A DNA stretch of 64,000 nucleotides from Candidatus Aquilonibacter sp. (GTDB lineage Bacteria > Verrucomicrobiota > Verrucomicrobiia > Limisphaerales > UBA11358): positions 91,839 to 155,838 of the forward strand of contig DATJRH010000032.1 of NCBI GenBank assembly GCA_035504945.1, in the 5' to 3' direction. Of this stretch, positions 53,817-64,000 are shown one piece after another. Every line of letters starts with the position of its first letter. Position 1 is the stretch's first letter. The notes under the pieces are model-generated. The model made no database searches. It was not told the origin of the DNA and saw only the letters and a program-made list of their open reading frames with translations. The translations under genes were made by a program, and so were the position numbers.

Positions 53817-56768
53817 ATGAAGAGATTTTTTTTTACGCGTCTCGCGCTGGCCGTATTGTGTCTCGCTGCGGGCAATTATTGTTTTGCGCAAACGCCACCA
53901 TATTTCAACGTCATGAATTACGGCGCGACCGGCAACGGCACCACGTTGGACAGCCCGGCCGTCAATGCCGCGATTGCGGCGGCGGGTGCGGCGGGCGGCG
54001 GCACGGTGACGTTTCCACCGGGGACTTATCTGTGCGGTTCAATCCATTTGAGCAATTGTCCGGTGAATCTCACGCTCTACTTGAGCAACAATGCCGTCAT
54101 CTGGGGTTCAACGGGAAACATTGATCAACCTGAGTCAAATCCCTATTCGCAATATCAGGATGAAGGTCACAGCTATTTCCACGATGCACTGATTTGGGGC
54201 GAAAATCTACAGAATTTTACCATTGAGGGGCCGGGCAAAATTGACGGCCACGGCGCTCTCACCACAGGCAATCCGAGCAGCACCCAAGGCGACAAGGATC
54301 TTTGTCTCGTGCTGTGCAGCAACGTGGTTATCGACGGCATTACCATCACCAATGGCGGACATTTCGGCATTCTGGCCCAAGCCTGCACCAACATGGTGGT
54401 GCGCAATGCGCGAATTTGGGAAAAAACCTCGCGCGACGGATTTAACCTGATTTGCAGCTCTTTTTGCATCGTTTCAAACTGCGACATTGAAGGCAGCGAC
54501 GATTCCATGTGCCTCAAAAGCACCTACGCCCTGGGACGCAAAATCAACTGTCAGAATATTCGCATCGTCAACTGCACGATTTTATCCACGGAAAACAATG
54601 CGACGCAAATCGGTTCGGAAACTGTCGGCGATTTCAGAGACGTGACTTGGTCTAATCTGGTGCTCACTGCTGCGGGCAAAGCCGGCATCGGCATTACGTC
54701 GCAGGACGGCTCCATCATTGACGGCATGACTTACGACAACATCATCATGTCGAATTGCGCCTGCCCGATTTTTCTGAAACTGGATTATCGGACCACGGAC
54801 ACTCCCAATCCAACCGTCGGCCGCATTCGCAACATCAGCATCAACAACGTGTATGCCTATCATTCGACGTATTACAGCCGCACCAACACGTCCACCATCA
54901 ACGGATATATGAGCAACACTGTTGTGATTCCGATTGAGAACATCACGTTCAACAATGTCCACGTCTCGAACATTGGCAGAAACCCCGCAACTGCCATTAC
55001 GAATTATCCGGTGGAAAACCAAGATTGGCAGCCGCAAGACTTTGGAAACTGGCCGTGCTATGGCTGGTATCTTCGCTGGGCTGGAAACATCAGCTTCACC
55101 AATTGCTCGGTGAGTTTCGATAACGACGATGATCGCCCGGCCGTCATTGCCGACACGGTAACCAATGTGTTGTTTCAAAATTTCACAGCCGATGTCGGCA
55201 GCAACGACACGAATTATGACATGGGATTTTTGAACGGGGCTAATTTTGACGTGACCAATGCCTTTGCTTCGGCCACCGCGCCGTCGCCGGGAGCTGACTT
55301 GAGAATTTTCAACAGCAACTCGACGCCTGCGCAGATCGTTTCGCCTCCGTATTTCAGTCCGGGCGATGGTCTTTACACAAATACACAAATAGTAACCATT
55401 GGCTCCGGCACGCCCGGCGCAACGATTCGCTACACCACCAACGACAGCGAGCCGAGCGAAACCAACGGCACGATTTACACCAACCCGGTGACGATTGACT
55501 CGGAAACCGTTTTGCTCGCCATCGCCTACACGAATGGAATGGTGGATAGCGCCGTCAACACGGCCATTTACAACTACCTCATGACGGGCGAAACGGCCGC
55601 GCCATTTTTTAACCCGCCACCCGGCGAATACGCGACGGCGCAGATGGTGACGATGGTCTCCAGCACTCCCAACGCCACCATCATTTACACCACCGATGGC
55701 AGCACGCCCAACACCAACAACGGAACGATTTACACCGCGCCCGTAAGTATCAGTGCAAACACTACGTTTCAGGCGTTTGCCTATGCTACAAACCTGACGG
55801 CTAGCGGCGTCACCACCGGCAACTACGTCATCACCGGCGTGGCGGCGGCGCCCGTCTTCAATCCGCCGGGCGGGACTTACACAAATGCCCAATCTGTGAT
55901 CATTTCGTCTCCCACCAGCGATGCCTCGATCCGCTACACGACGGACGGCAGCACGCCGAGCGAAATCAATGGCACGCTTTATTCTACACCAGTAACAATC
56001 AGTTCCAACACCACGCTAAACGCCATCGCCTACACGAACGGCGCGGCGGACAGCGCCGTAAGCACCGCCAGTTATACAATTGTCACGCCGCCGCCAGTGT
56101 TTGAATTTGATGCGCAGTCACTTTCATACATTACCAACGGCGCGGTCGCCGTTTTGCAAAATGACAGCACGTATCCCAGTGGACACTGGCTGGCGCTCGA
56201 GGCGACGGCGACTAACGAATGGATTGAATATACAATTCCCGACATTCCCGCCGGCACATATGACATTCAAATGGCGTGGAAAGGCAATAATGATCGCGGC
56301 ATCATCACTTTCGCGCTAGACGGAACCGTCTTGGGAAATCCGCTGGATCAATATTCTTCCGGGGAAACTTATCCAACGACGGATTACGGCATTGTCACAT
56401 TTACCAACAGCGGCAATCACACCATCCTGTTAACGGCAGTCGGCAAAAATCCGTCGTCGTCCAGTTATTGGATTTCCGCTGCGCAATTCTTTTTCATCCA
56501 GCTTCAGGCCGGCCTGCCGCAACCGCCAAACATCGGCAGCATCGAATTGTCAGGCTCCAATATGCTCTTCAACGGCGCAAATGGCATTCCCCAATCGCCA
56601 TACTTTGTTCTCATGTCCACCAATGTCACCCTGCCCTTGGCCGACTGGACGGTGGTGGCAACTAACGTATTCGATGCCGGCGGTAATTTCACCTTCACCA
56701 ACACGGCGAACCCAAATGCGCCGCAGCAATTCTACAAGCTGGAACTGCAATTGCAGGAACTGCCATAA
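53817..56768 (+). CDS. Secreted multidomain glycoside hydrolase family 28 (polygalacturonase-like)
   Basis: Signal peptide. N-terminal pectate-lyase-fold start NVMNYGATGNGTTLDS. GH28 catalytic motifs RDGFNL and GSDDSMCLKS. Three ~80-aa tandem repeats (..IRYTTDGSTPS..GT.YS.PV.IS..TT..A.AY) at aa 505-756. A CBM-like domain, and a C-terminal module ending QQFYKL. Confidence 0.8.
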   Translation: MKRFFFTRLALAVLCLAAGNYCFAQTPPYFNVMNYGATGNGTTLDSPAVNAAIAAAGAAGGGTVTFPPGTYLCGSIHLSNCPVNLTLYLSNNAVIWGSTGNIDQPESNPYSQYQDEGHSYFHDALIWGENLQNFTIEGPGKIDGHGALTTGNPSSTQGDKDLCLVLCSNVVIDGITITNGGHFGILAQACTNMVVRNARIWEKTSRDGFNLICSSFCIVSNCDIEGSDDSMCLKSTYALGRKINCQNIRIVNCTILSTENNATQIGSETVGDFRDVTWSNLVLTAAGKAGIGITSQDGSIIDGMTYDNIIMSNCACPIFLKLDYRTTDTPNPTVGRIRNISINNVYAYHSTYYSRTNTSTINGYMSNTVVIPIENITFNNVHVSNIGRNPATAITNYPVENQDWQPQDFGNWPCYGWYLRWAGNISFTNCSVSFDNDDDRPAVIADTVTNVLFQNFTADVGSNDTNYDMGFLNGANFDVTNAFASATAPSPGADLRIFNSNSTPAQIVSPPYFSPGDGLYTNTQIVTIGSGTPGATIRYTTNDSEPSETNGTIYTNPVTIDSETVLLAIAYTNGMVDSAVNTAIYNYLMTGETAAPFFNPPPGEYATAQMVTMVSSTPNATIIYTTDGSTPNTNNGTIYTAPVSISANTTFQAFAYATNLTASGVTTGNYVITGVAAAPVFNPPGGTYTNAQSVIISSPTSDASIRYTTDGSTPSEINGTLYSTPVTISSNTTLNAIAYTNGAADSAVSTASYTIVTPPPVFEFDAQSLSYITNGAVAVLQNDSTYPSGHWLALEATATNEWIEYTIPDIPAGTYDIQMAWKGNNDRGIITFALDGTVLGNPLDQYSSGETYPTTDYGIVTFTNSGNHTILLTAVGKNPSSSSYWISAAQFFFIQLQAGLPQPPNIGSIELSGSNMLFNGANGIPQSPYFVLMSTNVTLPLADWTVVATNVFDAGGNFTFTNTANPNAPQQFYKLELQLQELP

Positions 56769-56868
56769 CTGAAGCGCGACAACAGTTTTTACCCGGCCAT
56801 GGTTGCTGCTGAATAATTCACATGGCGGGCATCTACCAAATTTGTTTATTTACGCGGTTGTTTTGCGC

Positions 56869-56897
56869 TTGACGGCTACCCGCTAAAAATTTATTCT
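56869..56897 (+). promoter_or_regulatory. Candidate sigma70-type promoter upstream of nusA
   Basis: TTGACG (56869-56874), 17 nt, then TATTCT (56892-56897), about 110 nt upstream of the nusA ATG. Sequence match only. Confidence 0.3.
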
Positions 56898-57008
56898 TGC
56901 AGTCAAGAATGGTAAAGTCTGCTGGTTTGGCCAGCGCGCGAAGTCGGAGATCATATCTTCCGGCTTTTTTGTTCTCCGCGTACCGCCGCCGCAGACACCA
57001 CTTGAGTT

Positions 57009-58274
57009 ATGAACGCAGATTTTTTGGCCGTTTTGGAATTTTGGGAGCGCGAAAAGGGCATCAACCGTGATGTCCTCGTCGGCGCTGTCCAGGAGGCGTT
57101 GCTGTCCGCCGCCAAAAAAGCCGTTGGCCCGGCGCGCGAATTGCGCGTCGAGATTGACCAGAAAAATGGCAGCATCAAGGCGTTTGCCAAACTCATCGTT
57201 TCCGACAAGGTCATTTCCAAGCACGACCAGATTTCCGTTTTCGACGCCCGGCGCCTCAAACCCGACGCCCAAATCGGCGACGAAATCGAAAAGGAAGTCA
57301 CCCCGACGGATTTCGGCCGCATCGCGTCGCAATACGCCAAGCAGGCGCTCATGCAAAAAGTTCGGCTGGCCGAAAAGGCGCTCATCTTCACCGAGTTCAA
57401 GGACCGCGTCGGCGACATTGTCAGCGGCACCGTCCGCCGGTTCGAGCGTTCGGATGTGATTTTGGATTTGGGCAAATACGAGGCGCTGCTGCCGAATCGC
57501 GAGCGCGTTTCCATCGAGGAATATCAGGTTGGCGAACGCATCCGCTGTTACGTCAAGGCCGTCGAGGAAGGCGCGCACGGGCCGGAAATCATTTTGTCGC
57601 GCGCCGATCCGCGTTTCATCATCAAACTGTTTCAACTCGAAGTTTCCGAAATCAACGACGGCACGATTGAAATCAAGGGCATCGCGCGCGAGCCGGGTTT
57701 CCGCACGAAAATGGCCGTTTATTCGCGCGACCCGAAAGTTGATCCGGTCGGCGCGTGCGTCGGCATGCGCGGCCAGCGCGTCAAAAACATCGTCCGCGAG
57801 TTGAACAATGAAAAAGTGGACGTGATTCCGTGGTCGTCCGACATCAAAACATTTGTCACCAAGGCGCTGGAACCGGCGAAGTTGAAAAGCATTGAAGTGG
57901 ACGAGGCCGGAAAACGCCTGAAAATTTTGGTGAGCGAGGATCAGCTGTCGCTCGCCATCGGCAAACGCGGCCAGAACGCGCGGCTCACGGCCAAATTGAC
58001 CGGCTGGGAAGTGGACATTGACGCCGAGGAAGTCGTCACGAAAGGCTTTGAGGAAAAAGTCGCCGAAGCCGTCGGTGCGCTCGCCGCGATTCCGGGAATT
58101 TCCCGCGAGCAGGCGGACGCGCTGGTTCACGCCGGTCTGACGCGGCTCGAGGATTTGTTGTCTGCCGACGAAAGCGATTTGAGCAGCATTCCGCAAATCG
58201 GCGACAAGGCCGGTGAGATTTTGAAAATCGCGCGCGCACATGCGGAAAGCCGCACGTTGCCGGTGAACAGTTGA
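57009..58274 (+). CDS. nusA: Transcription termination/antitermination factor NusA
   Basis: NusA N-terminal, S1 and tandem KH domains are recognisable (GDIVSGTV, RDPKVDPVGACVGMRGQRV, LAIGKRGQNARLTAKLTGW), plus a C-terminal HhH region. Confidence 0.9.
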   Translation: MNADFLAVLEFWEREKGINRDVLVGAVQEALLSAAKKAVGPARELRVEIDQKNGSIKAFAKLIVSDKVISKHDQISVFDARRLKPDAQIGDEIEKEVTPTDFGRIASQYAKQALMQKVRLAEKALIFTEFKDRVGDIVSGTVRRFERSDVILDLGKYEALLPNRERVSIEEYQVGERIRCYVKAVEEGAHGPEIILSRADPRFIIKLFQLEVSEINDGTIEIKGIAREPGFRTKMAVYSRDPKVDPVGACVGMRGQRVKNIVRELNNEKVDVIPWSSDIKTFVTKALEPAKLKSIEVDEAGKRLKILVSEDQLSLAIGKRGQNARLTAKLTGWEVDIDAEEVVTKGFEEKVAEAVGALAAIPGISREQADALVHAGLTRLEDLLSADESDLSSIPQIGDKAGEILKIARAHAESRTLPVNS

Positions 58275-58365
58275 TTTTATGACGCAGGCCGGAACAAAAC
58301 TTGTTTCTGCGATTTAGCCATGAAGGCCAATTGCACATTCCGACCGGCGGCAACGAAGAAATTTT

Positions 58366-60774
58366 ATGCCCGTTCGTATTTACGACATCGCGAAGAAGTA
58401 TGGCCTCGAGAACAAGGAAATTCTCGTCCAGGCCAAGTCGCTGGGCATTGCCGCTGCCAAGGTTCCTTCCAGTTCGCTGGATAAGATCACCGCCGAGTGG
58501 CTCGAGCAGGAACTCGTAAAGACCCATCCCGCCCTCGCCGCAAAACTCGCCGCGCCGCCGCCTGAAATTCCCAAGCCCGCCCCGGTCGAGGAGAAAATCA
58601 TCCTCATTACGGCACCGCCGCCGCCGCCGTCCACGCCAGAAATTAAAGTCGAGGCGAAAGTCGAAGCAAAGGTGGAGGTCGCGCCGCCGCCACCGCTGCC
58701 GGTCGTGGAAAAACCAAAACCGGCCACGCCGCCCAAACCCGCCGGCCCGAAAGTCGGCGACAAAGTCGGGTTCATCCAATTGCCGACGCGTTCGCAAGCG
58801 CCGCGCGGCGGGGAAAAAACCGGTTCGGTCAAACTGCCGCCGTCGCGTCCGGGCGCGCCGCAGCGAGAACAACGCGGAGACCGGCAACAATTTCAGCGCG
58901 GTCGCGACGGTCGTCAGCAATCGCAGACCAGCGAGCAGCAAAAACCCGCTACTCCGCCGCAACCAAAATTTGTCGCGCCCGAAGATGGAGAAGTTATTGT
59001 CATCAAGCCGCCGATTGTCGTTCGCGAACTGGCGGCCCAGCTCAAGCAAAAGCCGTTCATTATCATCGGCGATTTGATGAGGCTCGGCGTTTTCGCCACG
59101 GTCAACCAGGCGATTGACGAAAAAATCGCGCAGCAGCTTTGCGCGAAATACGGTTTCCGGTTTGAATTGGAAAAACGCGAGCGCGGCGCTGGCGTCGTTC
59201 ACGCCGTCGAGAAAAAAGTTGAACTGGATTTCGAGGACAAGCCGGAGGAACTCAAGCCACGCGCACCGGTCGTGACCATCATGGGCCATGTTGACCACGG
59301 CAAAACGTCGCTGCTCGACGTGATCCGCAAGGCAAACGTCGCGGCGGGCGAGGCCGGTGGCATCACGCAGCACATCGGCGCCTACACGATTTCTGTGCCG
59401 CATCCCGAACGCAAACATGAACTGGCACAAATCACGTTTCTCGACACGCCCGGCCACGCAGCGTTCAGTTCCATGCGCGCGCGGGGCGCGAACGTCACGG
59501 ACATCGTGGTGCTCGTCGTCGCGGCCAACGACGGTGTCATGCCGCAGACAATTGAGGCGCTCAATCACGCTAAGGCCGCGAAAGTTCCGATTCTCGTCGC
59601 CGTCAACAAAATGGACCACCCGAACGCGAACTCGTTGAAAGTCCGCCAGCAATTGCAGGACAAGGGACTGGTTCCCGACGACTGGGGCGGCGACACGATT
59701 TTCGTCGAATGTTCGGCGCTGACGAAGCAGGGCATTGACAAGCTGCTCGAAATGATTTTATTGCAAGCCGATTTGCTCGAGCTCAAGGCGAACCCGAACC
59801 GCCGCGCCAAGGGCAACGTCATCGAATCCGGCGTCGAACCCGGCGGGCCAACCGCAACGGTTCTCGTCCGCAAAGGGACGCTGCGCGTGGGTGAAATCAT
59901 CATCTGCGGCGAGTTTTACGGCCGCGTCCGCGCTTTGATCAACGAGGAGGGCCAGCGGCTCAAGGAAGCCGGCCCGTCCGTCGCAGTGAAAGTCCTCGGC
60001 TTGAACGGTGTGCCGGACGCGGGCTTGGAATTTAACGCCGTCGAGGACGAAAAAGCCGCGCGCGAACTGGCCGAACAACGTTTTCTCGAAGCCCGCGCCG
60101 CCGGTCAGGAAGACAAAAAAGTCACGCTCGAAAATCTTTTCGCCACGCTCGCCGCCAATCAGGACAAGGTCTTGAAAGTTGTCGTGAAGGCTGACACGCA
60201 AGGTTCGGTCGAAGCGATTGTCGAGGCGCTGAAAAAAATCGAGGCGGAAAAAGTTTCGCTCGAAATCATCCACAGCGACGTCGGCACAATCACCGAAAAC
60301 GACGCGGCGCTCGCTTCGGCGTCGAGCGCGGTCATCCTCGGTTTCCACACGCGCGTGGACAGCACCGCCGCCGAAAAGGCGAAACGCGAGGGCGTGCAAA
60401 TCAAGCTTTACGCGATCATTTATGAATTGATTGACCAGGTGAAGGAGGCGATGGCCGGGTTGCTCGATCCACTCGTCAAGGAAACCGTCATCGGCTCGGC
60501 GGAAGTGCGGCAGATTTTTGAATTGTCCAAGGGCGCGCCGGTCGCCGGCTGCATGGTTTCGAACGGGCGCATCGTCAAGGGCAAAGTGCGCGTGCGCCGG
60601 CGCAAGGACGTGATTTACGAAGGCGTCACGCAGTCGCTCCGGCGATTTCAGGATGAAGTTAACGAAGTCCGCGCCGGGATGGAATGCGGCATCCGCATCG
60701 AGGGCTTCGGCGAATTTGAGGTCGGCGACGAGATTGAATGTTACTCGACTGAAAAGGTGGCGGCGAAATTATGA
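58366..60774 (+). CDS. infB: Translation initiation factor IF-2
   Basis: Pro/Lys-rich N-terminal region, the G-domain [22 protein letters not shown] and NKMD, and the conserved C-terminal domains. Confidence 0.95.
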   Translation: MPVRIYDIAKKYGLENKEILVQAKSLGIAAAKVPSSSLDKITAEWLEQELVKTHPALAAKLAAPPPEIPKPAPVEEKIILITAPPPPPSTPEIKVEAKVEAKVEVAPPPPLPVVEKPKPATPPKPAGPKVGDKVGFIQLPTRSQAPRGGEKTGSVKLPPSRPGAPQREQRGDRQQFQRGRDGRQQSQTSEQQKPATPPQPKFVAPEDGEVIVIKPPIVVRELAAQLKQKPFIIIGDLMRLGVFATVNQAIDEKIAQQLCAKYGFRFELEKRERGAGVVHAVEKKVELDFEDKPEELKPRAPVVTIMGHVDHGKTSLLDVIRKANVAAGEAGGITQHIGAYTISVPHPERKHELAQITFLDTPGHAAFSSMRARGANVTDIVVLVVAANDGVMPQTIEALNHAKAAKVPILVAVNKMDHPNANSLKVRQQLQDKGLVPDDWGGDTIFVECSALTKQGIDKLLEMILLQADLLELKANPNRRAKGNVIESGVEPGGPTATVLVRKGTLRVGEIIICGEFYGRVRALINEEGQRLKEAGPSVAVKVLGLNGVPDAGLEFNAVEDEKAARELAEQRFLEARAAGQEDKKVTLENLFATLAANQDKVLKVVVKADTQGSVEAIVEALKKIEAEKVSLEIIHSDVGTITENDAALASASSAVILGFHTRVDSTAAEKAKREGVQIKLYAIIYELIDQVKEAMAGLLDPLVKETVIGSAEVRQIFELSKGAPVAGCMVSNGRIVKGKVRVRRRKDVIYEGVTQSLRRFQDEVNEVRAGMECGIRIEGFGEFEVGDEIECYSTEKVAAKL

Positions 60775-60790
60775 AATAATTGAAAAACCG

Positions 60791-60849
60791 GATTAAGATT
60801 ACGATTAGGCGCAAGCTTAGGAATTCAAGCGGTCGTTATAATCTTAATC
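60791..60849. repeat. Inverted repeat GATTAAGATTA-N36-TAATCTTAATC in the infB-rbfA spacer
   Basis: Read directly: 60791-60801 is the reverse complement of 60839-60849. It is the same 11-mer as the arms at 1538-1573. Confidence 0.75.
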
Positions 60850-60865
60850 ATAATTTTATTCGAAA

Positions 60866-61237
60866 ATGCCCAATCTCCGACATGAACGCGTGCGCGAATT
60901 GTTGAAGCGCGAAATCGGCGAGGCCGTCCGCCGCGAATTTCACGTCAATGAATGCGGGCTGATTTCCGTCAACGACGTGGACGTGGCCGGCGATCTGAAA
61001 TCGGCCGTTGTCTTCATCAGCATTTTCGGCAACGCCGACCAACAAAAGCGCGGCATCCAGGCGCTCAACGAGCATCGCGTCCGCATCCAGGGGCTCGTCG
61101 GCAAGGCTGTCGTCCTGAAATTCACGCCGACGCTGAAATTTGTCTTTGACGAATCCATCACGCGCGGCAACCGCGTGCTGCAAATCATTGACGAACTCGA
61201 AAAAGCCGACGCCGAAAAGGAAAAAGATTTGCCGTGA
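60866..61237 (+). CDS. rbfA: Ribosome-binding factor A
   Basis: 123 aa with RbfA-like RVRELLKREIGEAV and PTLKFVFDESI. It sits downstream of infB. Confidence 0.85.
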   Translation: MPNLRHERVRELLKREIGEAVRREFHVNECGLISVNDVDVAGDLKSAVVFISIFGNADQQKRGIQALNEHRVRIQGLVGKAVVLKFTPTLKFVFDESITRGNRVLQIIDELEKADAEKEKDLP

Positions 61238-62217
61238 AACGTTATCCAAAAATCATTGACCGCATTCTCGAAATCATCCGCGAACACAAAACGTTCTGCA
61301 TCGTCGGCCACGTCCGGCCCGACGGCGACTGCGTCGGCTCGCAACTCGGCCTCGCGCTCGCGCTGCGAAATGAAGGAAAAAAAGTCGTCTGCTGGAACGA
61401 AGACTCCATTCCGCCGAAATACAAATTTCTTGACCCCGAAGGTTTGTTTCAAAAACCGAAACCGGGGGGAAAATTTGACTGCGTGATTGCGACCGACTGC
61501 GCCACTTTCGAGCGGCTCGGCCGAGCGGGAAAATGCGCGGCACACCGGAAAATTCTCATCAACATTGACCATCACGAAAGCAATCCGCGCTACGGCGACG
61601 TGAACTGGATTTCCGCGCGCGAGCCGTCCTGCGGCGAATTGATTTTCCGCCTGCTCAAAGTCGCGCGCTGGCCGATCACCAAGCCGATTGCGGATTTGCT
61701 TTTCGCCGCCGTTTCCACCGACACCGGCTCGTTTCAATATCCGACTACGCGTCCCGGCACGTTCCACACCGGTGCGGAACTTGTCACGCGCGGCGCCGAC
61801 CTCGCGAAAATTTGTGACGAAGTTTACCAATCGTATCCGCTCTCCCGCGCGCGGCTGCTTCGGCATCTTTACAACAAATTCAGGCTGACGGATCACGACC
61901 GGATCGCCTATTTGTGGCTGAAAAAGGCCGACTTTGCCCGCACCGGCGCGACGAGCGACGAAACTGAAGGCTTGATTGACCATATCCGCGACATCGCGCC
62001 GGTCGTCGTCGCCTGTGTATTTGAGGAAGTTGAAACGGGATTGACGCGCATCAGCCTGCGCTCCAAAAATGAAAAAATCAACGTGAACGAAATTGCCGCG
62101 CAATTCGGCGGCGGCGGGCATCAAGCGGCAGCAGGCGCAAGAATTTCAGGAAAATCGCTTTCGGTTCAGCGCAAAGTCATCGCCGCTGTGAAACGCGCGT
62201 TGAACGAGGCGAAATAA
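61234..62217 (+). CDS. nrnA: DHH/DHHA1 phosphoesterase (NrnA-type oligoribonuclease / pAp phosphatase)
   Basis: HVRPDGDCVGS, NIDHHESN and GGGGHQAAAG motifs are present. The GTG start overlaps the rbfA stop (GTGA). Confidence 0.75.
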   Translation: MKRYPKIIDRILEIIREHKTFCIVGHVRPDGDCVGSQLGLALALRNEGKKVVCWNEDSIPPKYKFLDPEGLFQKPKPGGKFDCVIATDCATFERLGRAGKCAAHRKILINIDHHESNPRYGDVNWISAREPSCGELIFRLLKVARWPITKPIADLLFAAVSTDTGSFQYPTTRPGTFHTGAELVTRGADLAKICDEVYQSYPLSRARLLRHLYNKFRLTDHDRIAYLWLKKADFARTGATSDETEGLIDHIRDIAPVVVACVFEEVETGLTRISLRSKNEKINVNEIAAQFGGGGHQAAAGARISGKSLSVQRKVIAAVKRALNEAK

Positions 62218-62223
62218 TTTTCC

Positions 62224-62937
62224 ATGCAAGAATTTTCCGCTCTTGACGGCGCAGTTCTCGTTGACAAACCCGCCGGCCCGACTTCGCACGACGTGGTGGA
62301 CGCCATTCGCCGCCGCTTTCAAATCAAAAAAGTCGGCCATTGCGGCACGCTTGACCCAAACGCGACCGGCCTTTTGATCATCGTTCTCGGCCGCGGCACC
62401 AAGCTGTCCGAAAAATTGATGGGTGACGACAAGGTTTATGAAGGTACAATCAAGTTCGGCACGGCGACCAATTCCTATGATGCCGACGGCGAAATTCTGG
62501 AAACGAAAACCGTTCCGCCGCTGACGCTCGAACAATTGAACGAACTCGCCACGCAATTTATCGGTGATCAAATGCAAATGCCGCCGATGGTTTCGGCCAT
62601 CAAAAAAGACGGCGTTCCGCTTTACAAACTCGCGCGCAAGGGCATCGAAGTTGAGCGCGAGCCGCGACTGGTTCACATTTACAACTTCCGGTTTGCGAAC
62701 TATTCCGAACCGCTCGGCGAATTCCGGCTGGCCTGTACGAAGGGCACTTACGTCCGCAGCATCGCGCACGAGTTGGGACAGAAAATCGGCTGCGGTGCGC
62801 ATCTGGCAACCTTGCGGCGAAGTGTGTCAGGGAAATTCGACGTGGCCGGTTCGAAGCCACTGGACGAAATTTTGAAAATGACCGTTGCGGAATTGGAAAA
62901 GCGTGTGATTCCATTTTTGAAGCTGGCGGCGTCATGA
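62224..62937 (+). CDS. truB: tRNA pseudouridine(55) synthase
   Basis: GHCGTLDPNATGLL with the catalytic Asp, MPPMVSAIK and GTYVRSIAHELG. Confidence 0.9.
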   Translation: MQEFSALDGAVLVDKPAGPTSHDVVDAIRRRFQIKKVGHCGTLDPNATGLLIIVLGRGTKLSEKLMGDDKVYEGTIKFGTATNSYDADGEILETKTVPPLTLEQLNELATQFIGDQMQMPPMVSAIKKDGVPLYKLARKGIEVEREPRLVHIYNFRFANYSEPLGEFRLACTKGTYVRSIAHELGQKIGCGAHLATLRRSVSGKFDVAGSKPLDEILKMTVAELEKRVIPFLKLAAS

Positions 62938-63854
62938 AAATTATTCACACTGCAAATGAACTGAAGACGAACGGCAGAAAAGTCTGCCTCGCCATCGGCT
63001 TTTTTGATGGTGTGCATCTTGGCCACCAGCAAATCATCCGGCAGACCGTCGCTGACGCGCATCAACACGACGCGATTGCCATCGTCCTGACTTTTGACAA
63101 ACATCCAAATTCAGTTGTCGCGCCGGACAAAGTACCGCCGTTGATTTATTCGCTGCCGCAAAAATTACGCGCGATTGAATCGCTGGGCGCGGGGAAAATT
63201 TTGCTGGTCCGTTTTGACAAAAAATTCAGCAGGCAATCCGGCGAGGAATTTGTCCGCAACCTCGCGCGCGATTTCAAAAAAATTCACAGTGTCTGCGTCG
63301 GCGCGGATTTTGTTTTCGGGCACAAGCGCGGCGGCAACGTCGCGTTGCTAAAAAAACTTGGCGCGGAATTGCATTTCCACGTCCACGGGCTGGCGGCTGT
63401 TTCGCTGGACGGTGAAGTCGTCAGCAGCACGCGGATTCGGGAATTAATTCGCGCGGGCGATTTGGACGTTGCGAGCCAGATGCTCGGCCGGCCTTACGCA
63501 ATTTGCGGCGAAGTCGTCGCCGGCGACAAACTTGGCCGGCAGCTTGGTTTCCCAACGGCGAATCTGGACGCGGCTGATTTGATCCTGCCGCCCAACGGCG
63601 TTTATTCCGGTCACGCCAAATTGGCGGGACAATTTTATCGCGTCGCGCTCAATATCGGTTTCCGTCCGACGGTGGCTTCGGGCGGGAAATTGCGCGTGGA
63701 AGCGCATCTGCTGGATTTCAGCGGCGAGCTTTATGGCAAGGAATTAGAAATTGAAATCGGCGAAAAAGTGAGGGAAGAGCAGAAATTCAATTCGGTTACG
63801 GATTTGAAACAGCAAATTGTCAGGGACATCGCCAAAGTGCGAAAAATGGCATGA
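62934..63854 (+). CDS. ribF: Bifunctional riboflavin kinase / FMN adenylyltransferase
   Basis: GFFDGVHLGHQ, SSTRIRE, LGFPTAN, and RVEAHLLDF..LYG.. with a C-terminal FNS...L..QI..D. The ATG overlaps the truB stop. Confidence 0.9.
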   Translation: MKIIHTANELKTNGRKVCLAIGFFDGVHLGHQQIIRQTVADAHQHDAIAIVLTFDKHPNSVVAPDKVPPLIYSLPQKLRAIESLGAGKILLVRFDKKFSRQSGEEFVRNLARDFKKIHSVCVGADFVFGHKRGGNVALLKKLGAELHFHVHGLAAVSLDGEVVSSTRIRELIRAGDLDVASQMLGRPYAICGEVVAGDKLGRQLGFPTANLDAADLILPPNGVYSGHAKLAGQFYRVALNIGFRPTVASGGKLRVEAHLLDFSGELYGKELEIEIGEKVREEQKFNSVTDLKQQIVRDIAKVRKMA

Positions 63855-64000
63855 TTAGATTATTTGTAATTTGTTTATTGTAAGCTTCTTAATCGAGTTC
63901 TTCACCGCCTTTTGACAGCTTATTCACATTTTCTTATGCACGTGTAATTGTTCTTGAATTTTTCATAAGACCAGTTATTCTGTTGAGCACGTCGGGTTTC

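Noticed and set aside
19420-57000. Search for PEP-CTERM tails on the secreted proteins (cytochromes, GH28, lipoproteins) as exosortase substrates
   Set aside because: No C-terminus shows PEP followed by a hydrophobic helix and a basic cluster, so no substrate can be claimed in this window.
56769-57008. Absence of rimP upstream of nusA and of ylxR between nusA and infB; also a bulged hairpin at about 56798-56835
   Set aside because: Gene absence cannot be judged from one window (the genes may be elsewhere). The hairpin is imperfect, has a 20-nt loop and lacks a T-tract.
56883-62124. Long minus-strand ORFs 56883..58241, 58036..59652 and 60940..62124
   Set aside because: They are antisense to nusA, infB and rbfA/nrnA respectively, and their predicted proteins are R/G/D/F-rich nonsense.

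Overview
High-GC (roughly 55-60% by eye), gene-dense chromosomal window with about 55 credible CDS. I saw no rRNA, tRNA, CRISPR array or transposase. The gene repertoire looks like a PVC-type Gram-negative (Verrucomicrobia-like), but that is inference only. From left to right the window contains: (1) the tail of mntH plus small stress genes; (2) a pectin/hexuronate utilisation locus (eda, GH88/105-DUF4861 fusion, kduI, kduD, SSS symporter, DUF2264, GH3); (3) tgt; (4) argB-argD-(alkA-like)-argF; (5) an exosortase/EpsI/priming glycosyltransferase/UXS envelope-polysaccharide block; (6) folP-cdaA-cdaR-glmM; (7) a three-domain LMW-phosphatase/RpiB/SHMT fusion; (8) rho. The stand-out feature is an ~18.5 kb block at 33.8-52.3 kb. 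It runs hemA -> nonaheme cytochrome, then nonaheme cytochrome -> octaheme lipoprotein cytochrome -> ~705-aa beta-barrel. It continues with a tandem second octaheme + barrel pair, a monoheme cytochrome c, an ImcH/NapC-like membrane heptaheme cytochrome, a duplicated-domain lipoprotein, and the System II maturation genes ccsB/ccsA. Together these form a complete candidate porin-cytochrome extracellular electron-transfer conduit with 39 CXXCH plus 3 variant heme motifs. The window ends with an AraC/XylR-type regulator, a multidomain GH28, and the nusA-infB-rbfA-nrnA-truB-ribF operon. Most long antisense or alternate-frame ORFs in the track are GC-bias artefacts. Several track ORFs carry spurious N-terminal extensions from TTG/GTG starts, and I trimmed these to better-supported start codons.
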